IMG/VR virus record: IMGVR_UViG_3300035520_001075
Span: 64,001-128,000 of that record
DNA length: 64,000 nt
Source of the DNA: a virus
Taxonomy: Duplodnaviria; Caudoviricetes
Reading direction: 5' to 3' (one strand)
The notes beneath the pieces are model-generated. The model did no database searches. It had not been told where the DNA came from and saw only the letters and a list, made by a program, of their open reading frames with translations. Numbering within the stretch: the stretch's first letter is position 1; each line of letters begins with the position of its first letter. Both the position numbers and the translations under genes were made by a program. This document shows, one piece after another, positions 56,741-64,000 of the stretch.

Positions 56741-57043
56741 ATGGGTGATGAAAAAGTTTTTCGTGTTGTAAAATCAAAATTCATGATGAAAATAACTGAG
56801 CTTGAAGAAGTTGAAGCTAAAGATGAGAATGGTGAAACTACGAAAGAATTAAAAGTAATCAATTCTAAATGGATTCCAATGAGGGGTAAAGAATTTTCTG
56901 AGTCGATGAAAGAAGACTATGACAGAGGAATCAAGCATCAGATTACAATTGTAAAAGATGAACCAGATAAGTTCCAGTTCAATCATATCTACATTCACGC
57001 TCTTGGAAAGAAAGCTTGGACTTATATTAAGAAAGAAGATTAA
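56741..57043 (+). CDS. Hypothetical protein
   Basis: ORF with promoter and GGAGG RBS. Confidence 0.6.
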   Translation: MGDEKVFRVVKSKFMMKITELEEVEAKDENGETTKELKVINSKWIPMRGKEFSESMKEDYDRGIKHQITIVKDEPDKFQFNHIYIHALGKKAWTYIKKED

Positions 57044-57115
57044 AAAGTAAACTACTTTACTTTTTAAGAAAGTTATGGTATAATAATTATAGAAAAGTTA
57101 AAGGAGGGAAAGCAA

Positions 57116-57241
57116 ATGGGAAAAGAAACAACATATGAAGTGGTTTGTGAAAAGTGTGGCAAAGTTTTTGAAGCTCATGATGAGAATTGTGTGCTTTGTA
57201 ATGATTGCTGGGAAAAAATAATTGAAGATGAAGGAAAGTAA
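57116..57241 (+). CDS. Small Zn-ribbon protein (41 aa)
   Basis: GGAGG RBS; CEKC...CNDC. Confidence 0.55.
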   Translation: MGKETTYEVVCEKCGKVFEAHDENCVLCNDCWEKIIEDEGK

Positions 57242-57318
57242 ACTACTTTACTTTTTAAGAAAAATATGATATAATTATTATAGTAAAGATAAAAAAGAGT
57301 TTTATCTTTACTTTAGAT

Positions 57319-57393
57319 TTGGGATTAGTTTAGTCAGTAAAACGCAAGACTTTGGATCTTGAATGGTGTGAGCGTAGCATACATCCCAAGCCA
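57319..57393 (+). tRNA. tRNA-Gln(UUG) with atypical D and T loops
   Basis: TTGGGAT/ATCCCAA acceptor, G73, CCA; CAAGA-CTTTGGA-TCTTG anticodon arm. Confidence 0.82.
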
Positions 57394-57449
57394 CTAAAAA
57401 TTTTTCTTAAAGAAAGAAGCTAAATTAAATTAGCGTATACTTAATATAT

Positions 57450-57589
57450 TGGCAGGTAGACGAATTGGTAAAGTCCTCGGTCGGCTTATAAAAAGTTTTG
57501 GCAGGGGCAGTACCTGCATAAGCCACCATCTAAAACCGAAGACGGAAGGGAGACCTTCCATAGGAGTTCGAAGCTCCTCCTGCCAGCCA
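57450..57589 (+). tRNA. Amber suppressor tRNA (CUA) interrupted by a 46-nt intervening sequence at 57483-57528
   Basis: TGGCAGG/CCTGCCA-G-CCA acceptor; D arm; spliced anticodon arm TCGGT-CTCTAAA-ACCGA; long variable arm; AGGAG-TTCGAAG-CTCCT T arm. Confidence 0.85.
57483..57528 (+). ncRNA. Nested tRNA-like minihelix inside the suppressor anticodon loop
   Basis: GGCTTAT/ATAAGCC 7-bp stem, GCAGG-GGCAGTA-CCTGC 5-bp arm, ACCA end. Confidence 0.82.
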
Positions 57590-57616
57590 TAGTACTTTTT
57601 TGAAAGGAGAATTATA

Positions 57617-58276
57617 ATGAGAACATAGAAGTGTAATATTTGTGGAGAAGTTAAACCAATTGAAGATTTTTATTTTCGCAAAGATTTAAACACATACCGA
57701 AAAAATTGTAAAGAATGCCATAACAGAGGTAGGTCTAAGAAAAATAAGAAAGGCGGCTCATGTGGAATTTACAAAATAGTCAACAATATTAATCACAAAG
57801 TTTATATTGGACAGTCAATTAATATTGAAAAAAGAATTGCTAAACACCAAAGTATGGCAAAAAGCGGAGGTGAAATGCCGTTATATTGTGATATTAGAAA
57901 GTATGGTGTTGAAAATTTCTCATTTGAAATTATTGAATTATGTGATAAAGATTCTTTAGATAAAAAAGAAAGAGAATATATAATTCAATATCAAAGTTTA
58001 GTATCTCAAAATGGATATAACATTGATGAAGGTGGACAGAAAGGTCGAAATTATCACCCAGAAAGTGATGGAATGGCTAAATTAAACTGGGACATGGTTC
58101 ATCAAATTAAACAGCAGCTAATAATAGGCACTCCAAAAAGAGAATTAGCTGAACAATTTGGCGTATCAGTTTATGCAATTGATGATATAAATAGAGGTAA
58201 GTCTTGGAAAGAAGACGATTTAATATATCCAATTTATAGTTTTCAAAAACATAAGTCAAACAATCCAATTGTTTGA
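57617..58276 (+). CDS. Zn-finger + GIY-YIG endonuclease with TAG at codon 4, 219 aa
   Basis: AAGGAG RBS; MRT[TAG]KCNICG...CKEC...GIYKIVN...VYIGQS. Confidence 0.8.
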
Positions 58277-58333
58277 CTTCTATAGTAAATTATGATATAA
58301 TTATTATAGAAAGTTAAAAGAAAGGACTTAAAA

Positions 58334-58588
58334 ATGATTATTTCCGTAAAATTTAAAGATAAAAATAAAATCTTTAAAGGTCGTTCATACGATTATAAGC
58401 TTAATAGTGATGAACGAATTCCAAAAGTTGGTTCAATAATACGAATGATGAACAATGACTATTCTTTCCGCTGTAATGGAACAAGAGTTAGAGTTGAAAA
58501 TGTTCGTAAAGAATCAATTGAAGATAGCGGGCTTGAAGAAATTCGTTATTTGGAATCTTCATTAGAAGAGCCAAGCTTTACTTTATAA
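58334..58588 (+). CDS. Hypothetical protein
   Basis: ORF with promoter and RBS. Confidence 0.55.
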   Translation: MIISVKFKDKNKIFKGRSYDYKLNSDERIPKVGSIIRMMNNDYSFRCNGTRVRVENVRKESIEDSGLEEIRYLESSLEEPSFTL

Positions 58589-58967
58589 CAAAATTGTGGT
58601 ATAATTATTATAGTAAGTGAGGAAAGCAAAATGATTGAATTTCTTTACTTCGCCGCAAAAGCATTGATTATTATATTTGGCATGAAATATTTGTCGAATG
58701 TGTTGATAGCTTTGTTTACTGGCGAAAAATTTAAGTCTAAAATTTTTAACACTTCTCATTTTAAAGATGAGGATTAACTAAGCTAAAAAGAGTAGTTAGT
58801 GTGATTTCCTTTGATTACGCATTCCTTTGTTAGTCTACATTTGTATTCCTCCAAGATATATACATGACACCATCGTACTAACTACTCTTTATATAAATAG
58901 AACAATAGTAGTTTGTTGTAAATATTGTTCGCTCACCGTTGGCGACTAATAAATATACGGTTTAAAT

Positions 58968-59035
58968 GCCATTATAGTGTAGTGGAAAGCACGGGAAATA
59001 TTTCTATTGTGCCAGTTCGATTCTGGCTAATGGCA
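58968..59035 (+). tRNA. tRNA-like element lacking an anticodon loop
   Basis: GCCATTA/TAATGGC acceptor; D arm with TGG; GCCAG-TTCGATT-CTGGC T arm; anticodon arm reduced to GGAAATATTTCT; no CCA. Confidence 0.65.
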
Positions 59036-59399
59036 AACTTAGGTCGGAGTCGCAGAAATTCCTTACCCTGTAGATAAAAGTTAAAAATATTCGGCGGCAA
59101 AATTTAGGAAGTTTTTATTTTGCTTCAAAGAAAAACACAAAGCTTTTGGTTTTTTGGTGATTAGTACTGGTTCACCTTTGCAGGTTCCTTAAAAAAATAA
59201 AAAACAGTACTACGGTGCGTATTCTGTATCAAATGCGTGAGTTTAGTTTCAACTCGGAGGGAAACTACTGAGGACGCTCAGGGTTATAGTACTATAATTT
59301 TCTCTAAAGATTCAGGTTTAGCTTCTGCAGAAGCCCTATCTAATCTTTAGAACTTTTAGTGTCGTGGCGAAAGGGCACTATAAAACTTCTTCGCCTCAT

Positions 59400-59473
59400 G
59401 ACTCATTGGTCAAGTGGTTAAGACGCTATCATTTATGATAGAATCACGGGTTCGTTCCCCGTATGAGTTTCCA
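59400..59473 (+). tRNA. tRNA-Glu-like element with a 6-nt anticodon loop
   Basis: GACTCAT/ATGAGTT acceptor + CCA; TGGTCAAGTGGTTAAGAC D arm; CTATC-ATTTAT-GATAG anticodon arm. Confidence 0.65.
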
Positions 59474-59527
59474 AACCCTTTTAAAATAGGGAACTTAGAA
59501 ATTAAAGTAAAGGAAGGTATAATACAA

Positions 59528-59653
59528 ATGGAAAAAGAAAGAGCAATTAAGGATTTACAGATTAGAATTGATATTTTAAGAGCTAAAGACCCAGTTAGTA
59601 ATGCGAGAATTATTAAGAAGTTAGAAAGAAAAATTAGAAGCCTTGAAGGTTGA
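59528..59653 (+). CDS. Small hypothetical protein (41 aa)
   Basis: GGAAGG RBS; the longer track ORF overlaps the tRNA-like element. Confidence 0.5.
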   Translation: MEKERAIKDLQIRIDILRAKDPVSNARIIKKLERKIRSLEG

Positions 59654-59793
59654 GAAAGGAGAAGAAGTCAAGAATTGAGCTAAAAATTCTTGACTCTTTT
59701 TTTTATTTTAGATTATGGGGCGGACGATATTTGACTTTTAACTTGGGTTATGATATAATTATTATAGTAAGTTAAGAGAGGAGAAAAAAAGTT

Positions 59794-60861
59794 ATGAAAC
59801 TTATTGAGTATATAGTAAATCATAAGGATTGGAAAAATGAATTACAGAAGCCGCCATATTCTTTGTCTATAAAAGAAAAAGGCTCATTAATTATGTTTAA
59901 TTATACTGTTGATTCTATTCCTTCTGAAATCGTTAACGAAGCAAGGGGTTTAATTCTTGAAATTGGAAATAAGATTAATGTAATTCGTTATGGCTTTTAT
60001 CGCTTCTATAACTATGTTGAAGAAGGGGCGGCGGCTTTAAACATGAAGAAAGTCTTTGCAACAGAGAAAATAGATGGGTCAGTTATAATGCTTTATTATT
60101 ATAAAGGAAACTGGTATATTTCAACTCGTAATACTTTCGATGCTTTCGATGCTCCACTTGGAAATTCAGAAAGAACTTTTGGAGATTTAGCTATTGAAGC
60201 AATGAAATCTCAGGGGATTATTCCTTCTCAGCTTTTGCCGCAGAACACTTATGTTTTTGAGTTAGTATCTCCAGAATATCAGCACGTTGTTAATTATGAG
60301 GATACCAAGCTTTATTTCTTAATGGCAAGAAATAATAATACTTATAAAGAAGTCGACGTTAAAACTGACTGGTTAAGACCTCGCCGCATTGAAGTTTCTT
60401 CTTATGAGCAGATTATTAACTATGTTTCTACTTTTGATGGAAAAGAATTTGAGGGCGTTGTGCTTCAGGATAATTATAATAATAGAGTTAAGGTTAAGAA
60501 CTTAAAGTGGTTAAAGCTTCATAAACTACATAATAATGGAAATTTAACTGTAGAGGCAGCTCTTAACTTAGTTGATATGGGTGAGATGGACGAATATTTA
60601 GCCTATTTCCCAGAGAAAAAAGACTTTGTTAATAGAATTCTATTTTGGAAGCAGACATCAATGTCTTATGCCTTATCTCTTGATATGATAGACTTGAAAG
60701 AAAATTATCCTGATAGAAAAGATTATGCAGAAAAAGTGCTCAATTCCTACGCACCTCATGAGCAGTTTTTAATGTTTAAAGCATATGATAATAGAGCTTA
60801 TGAGTATATGACTTCACTATCTAATAAAAAATTAGCAGAATTATATGCAATTGAGCATTGA
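59794..60861 (+). CDS. T4 Rnl1-like ATP-dependent RNA ligase
   Basis: EARGLI, RFYNY, EKIDGS, FELVSP, EGVV, RVKVK; adjacent to Pnk. Confidence 0.85.
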   Translation: MKLIEYIVNHKDWKNELQKPPYSLSIKEKGSLIMFNYTVDSIPSEIVNEARGLILEIGNKINVIRYGFYRFYNYVEEGAAALNMKKVFATEKIDGSVIMLYYYKGNWYISTRNTFDAFDAPLGNSERTFGDLAIEAMKSQGIIPSQLLPQNTYVFELVSPEYQHVVNYEDTKLYFLMARNNNTYKEVDVKTDWLRPRRIEVSSYEQIINYVSTFDGKEFEGVVLQDNYNNRVKVKNLKWLKLHKLHNNGNLTVEAALNLVDMGEMDEYLAYFPEKKDFVNRILFWKQTSMSYALSLDMIDLKENYPDRKDYAEKVLNSYAPHEQFLMFKAYDNRAYEYMTSLSNKKLAELYAIEH

Positions 60862-60929
60862 ACAATATTTGACTTTTATCTCGGATTATGATATAATTAT
60901 TATAGTAAATGAGAAAGAGAGGTTTATTT

Positions 60930-61814
60930 ATGGCTACATTATTTTTAATGATAGGATTGCCTTACTCAGGAAAATCAACACTCGCAGAATCCTACAAAAA
61001 TTATAATAGAACAATGGTAATTTCTTCTGATGAAATTCGTAAGGAATTATTCGGAGACGCAGGCGACCAGTCTAATAACGAGCTTGTTTTTAAAGAATTC
61101 CATACACGAGTTGTCAATGGTTTGAAAATGGGATATAATGTTTTTGCAGATGCAACTAATTTAAATCGTAAGAAGAGAATGGCTTTCTTGGGCTCAATGC
61201 CAAAAGGAACTTTTAAAGTTGGAGTTATGATGGCAACACCTTTAGAGTTAATTTTTGAGCGTATGGAGAAGAGAGAAAGAAGAGTTTCTAAAGAAGTCGT
61301 TATGAGAATGCTGAAACAATTTCAGCCGCCGACTGAAGGAGAGGGCTTTGACTTAATTAATATCGAATTAAATCGCCCTTTTCATTCTTTAGAAAATTAC
61401 TTAGAATTAAATTTAATTCCTCATGATAACCCTCATCACAAGCTTGATGTTGCTGAACATATGTTGGCGACTTCTAACTTAATTAAAGAGTGGTTGGAGG
61501 GAGATTCTTACGACAAAAGAAAAAACAATTTAATGACCGCCGCACGTTATCATGATATTGGGAAATACTTGGTAAAGGAATTTGATGACAAAGGAATTGC
61601 TCATTACTACTATCATGCCAACGTGTCTGCTTACTTATACTTAACTGCAGAGCGTTTCTCTCGTCAGGAAGACGTAATCTATAGAGCTAACTTAATTTAC
61701 GAGCACATGACACCTTTTAACTCGAACTTCCCACCAAAGAGAATGTCGATTTATCCAAAAGAATTTATTGAAGACTTATTACTTTTACATAAGGCAGATG
61801 TTCAGTCTGCCTAA
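60930..61814 (+). CDS. Polynucleotide kinase (AAA_33) fused to an HD phosphohydrolase
   Basis: GLPYSGKST, SSDEIR, DATN; C-terminal H...HDIGK...H...D. Confidence 0.85.
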   Translation: MATLFLMIGLPYSGKSTLAESYKNYNRTMVISSDEIRKELFGDAGDQSNNELVFKEFHTRVVNGLKMGYNVFADATNLNRKKRMAFLGSMPKGTFKVGVMMATPLELIFERMEKRERRVSKEVVMRMLKQFQPPTEGEGFDLINIELNRPFHSLENYLELNLIPHDNPHHKLDVAEHMLATSNLIKEWLEGDSYDKRKNNLMTAARYHDIGKYLVKEFDDKGIAHYYYHANVSAYLYLTAERFSRQEDVIYRANLIYEHMTPFNSNFPPKRMSIYPKEFIEDLLLLHKADVQSA

Positions 61815-61828
61815 GAAATGGAGAATAT

Positions 61829-62533
61829 ATGGAATTAAGTAATGAAAAATATAATCCAGAAGAAATTAAAGCAATTTTAGAAATAATGCTTGGAGATGAT
61901 GTTGAAGGAATTTTTGTAGCACAGGAATTATTAGATGACAATGATGATGAAATGCCAATTTATTCTAACTGGACTACAGCCTATGAAATTCAAGAAACCT
62001 ATTGCTGTAAGATTAGCTGCGGCTGCACTAAGCTTGTGATTATTCCAAGAGATAAGGACTATGTAATTAAATTACCTATTACTCATATTTATGAGGACGA
62101 AGAGATTACAATGCAGTTAGACCAAGAAGAAGATATTTTTGCAGAAGAAAAAGCTTTATATGATAGCAGTACTGAAACACTTCAGAACTTCATTCTTCCA
62201 AACTATTATATCGGGGAGTATCAGGGCATACCAGTTTTTGTTCAAGAAAAAGCTGAATTTGATATAGCAACTCCGCTGTCAGAAAAAGTCTTAGTCTCAG
62301 ACCAAATAGTCAGCTCTATTAGAGAAGAAACAGACTTCTATAGCTTTTCTGTTGCTTTTGTAAAAGATATGGTAAGATATTTTGGACAGATAGAGACAAA
62401 AGAATTAATTGGAGAACTTTTGGATTATGAAATTGTTGATTTACATCGTGGTAATTATGGCTACACTCTTGAAGGTAAACCATGCTTAATTGATATTGGC
62501 GGCTACCGTGAAGATAGGTGGGCGGTTTATTAA
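61829..62533 (+). CDS. Protein-kinase-like fold protein
   Basis: GCTK, VIKLP, DLHRGNYG, IDIG. Confidence 0.6.
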   Translation: MELSNEKYNPEEIKAILEIMLGDDVEGIFVAQELLDDNDDEMPIYSNWTTAYEIQETYCCKISCGCTKLVIIPRDKDYVIKLPITHIYEDEEITMQLDQEEDIFAEEKALYDSSTETLQNFILPNYYIGEYQGIPVFVQEKAEFDIATPLSEKVLVSDQIVSSIREETDFYSFSVAFVKDMVRYFGQIETKELIGELLDYEIVDLHRGNYGYTLEGKPCLIDIGGYREDRWAVY

Positions 62534-62561
62534 TAAATAAATTAAAGGAGAGATTAGAACA

Positions 62562-62771
62562 ATGAGTCGAAAGAATAGGAAGAATGGAAATCTTCCAAAT
62601 TATGATAAGGCTTCAAAAAAGAAAAGACGAGAAATGGATAAACAGAAAAGAGGAGATTGGGGCAATACAAACCCCATCACTAAAATTCAAGGTAATAAGA
62701 ACGATTATCGTCGCCGCAAACAGAAAGAGCGAGAAGACGATTTGAGTGATTATGATTATAATTTTGATTAA
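62562..62771 (+). CDS. Small basic hypothetical protein
   Basis: ORF with RBS. Confidence 0.55.
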   Translation: MSRKNRKNGNLPNYDKASKKKRREMDKQKRGDWGNTNPITKIQGNKNDYRRRKQKEREDDLSDYDYNFD

Positions 62772-63334
62772 TGGAGAGGATTTTAACTATGGAAAAAATT
62801 ACTAACTATGAATGCCCAATTTGCAAAAAGAGCCACCCATCTATTTATTCGCTTAGTGAGTGCGTGCAGAGACATGAAATCGAAGAGATTGAGAGAGAAG
62901 AAGAACTCACTAATATTGAATGCTGTATTGATGAAGCTTATAAAGAGCTTATAAGATACATAGAAGAATATAATGAGGCGGTAGGTAAGGAAATTTATTC
63001 TGTTTCTCTTTCTAAAATCGGTTCTAAGGAATCTGAGCAGAATATTGTTAAATCTTTTGACACGGCGGCGAGCCCAAAAACAGAAACAAAATCAGAAGTA
63101 AAAAATGAGCCAAGAAAGTCCGCATCATCTGAGGATTCATCATCTAAAAATTCTTCAACTTTTAAATGCTATTTTAATGGCAAAGATATTACTAAGGAAG
63201 TAGAAAAAGCAGTAGATGAACTTAGCAATACTTCCCCAAAAGAACTTGAAAAATTTATTAATAAGAAAGGAGTAAAATTAGACAAAGACTCGGACGATTA
63301 TCTTTTTAATTTCATTAACACTCTTTTTGATTGA
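62771..63334 (+). CDS. Hypothetical protein with C2H2-like N-terminus
   Basis: YECPICKKSH...C..RH. Confidence 0.55.
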   Translation: MERILTMEKITNYECPICKKSHPSIYSLSECVQRHEIEEIEREEELTNIECCIDEAYKELIRYIEEYNEAVGKEIYSVSLSKIGSKESEQNIVKSFDTAASPKTETKSEVKNEPRKSASSEDSSSKNSSTFKCYFNGKDITKEVEKAVDELSNTSPKELEKFINKKGVKLDKDSDDYLFNFINTLFD

Positions 63335-63390
63335 TGGAAACTTTCGTATATGATAACAGAAAATTATCTACAATAAGGAGGAAATATAAA

Positions 63391-63615
63391 ATGAAAAATA
63401 TAACATGGCATATCGCAGAAATTGAAACCCCAAACATAGCAGAACAGGTAATTGTTCAGTGCAAGGAACTTCCAGACCCTACGTTTGCAACTTATAAAGG
63501 TGATGATAAAGGCTGGGAATTTGACGATATTGTTCTGTCGCAGCATATGGTAGATGATGTTGACTTAACAATAATTGCTTGGACTGAAATGCCAGAACCT
63601 TATAAAGCAGATTAA
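63391..63615 (+). CDS. DUF551-like protein
   Basis: W....P...V; IAWTEMPEPY; GGAGG RBS before MKNITW. Confidence 0.6.
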   Translation: MKNITWHIAEIETPNIAEQVIVQCKELPDPTFATYKGDDKGWEFDDIVLSQHMVDDVDLTIIAWTEMPEPYKAD

Positions 63616-63685
63616 TTTTTAAGTAGAAAGATTAGAAGAAAGAAAAAAAACAACAAGATTAGATAATAATTAAGGAGAAAATTTT

Positions 63686-64000
63686 ATGTTATCATTGGTG
63701 ATTCTATCAGTCGGTTCAGTTATTTGTCTTTTCTGTGCAATAATACAGGTTATCCTTTGGTGGAAGTCAAAACATATAGACTGGTTTAATATATTTGTAA
63801 GTTTTATGGTATTGTTTATTTATATATTTCAGCTATTTAAATTGTTTACTTTTGATGGAAGGATAACCAAAAAGGAGTCATTGTTTATCCCTGTCGTAGC
63901 TTATGTCTACGATTCGGATAGCGGCGACCATATATTGCAGAGTGGTAATAATTATTATTTTACCGTAAAGAATAAAGGCAAAACATATACAATCGTTGTC
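63686..64000 (+). CDS. Membrane protein (runs off window end)
   Basis: AAGGAG RBS; two hydrophobic segments; frame open to the end. Confidence 0.5.
   Translation, partial: MLSLVILSVGSVICLFCAIIQVILWWKSKHIDWFNIFVSFMVLFIYIFQLFKLFTFDGRITKKESLFIPVVAYVYDSDSGDHILQSGNNYYFTVKNKGKTYTIVV

Noticed and set aside
57483-57528. Insert read as a group I or archaeal BHB intron, or as a tmRNA
   Set aside because: Only 46 nt; lacks the P7 core seen in the eight true introns; ends in A rather than G; no BHB motif; no G3:U70 pair or tag reading frame.
59414-59527. N-terminal part of track ORF 59414-59653
   Set aside because: Overlaps the tRNA-Glu-like element; a better RBS and ATG exist at 59528.

Overview
An AT-rich 64-kb segment of a large lytic dsDNA bacteriophage. 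The host is probably a Firmicute (Clostridia/Ruminococcus-like), judging from SigA-type promoters, HPr-like proteins and dockerin-like motifs. Bases 1-32.6 kb are a minus-strand replication and nucleotide-metabolism block: DnaE, an MTase/nuclease pair, RecJ-like DHH exonuclease, primase, DnaB-like helicase, PhoH, AAA ATPase, SSB, GyrA/GyrB, NrdD/NrdG and DNA ligase. Eight group I introns interrupt five of these genes; only one intron carries a homing endonuclease. Bases 32.7-64 kb are mostly plus strand: tail-fibre, lysis and virion-like genes, UvrD, ThyX, a C5 MTase, a tRNA/ncRNA cluster, an Rnl1-like RNA ligase and Pnk-HD. TAG is read as sense, most likely Gln (code 15): 15 in-frame TAGs in 9 genes, mostly lysis, tail and nuclease genes, none in the core replication enzymes. 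The top finding is the amber suppressor tRNA (anticodon CUA, 57450-57589). It is split between C32 and U33 by a 46-nt insert that itself folds as a tRNA acceptor/T-arm minihelix ending in ACCA, and RNA ligase plus Pnk genes lie about 2 kb downstream. This suggests a nested-tRNA excision and ligation step that gates the code switch. All calls were made by eye; no database or folding software was run.
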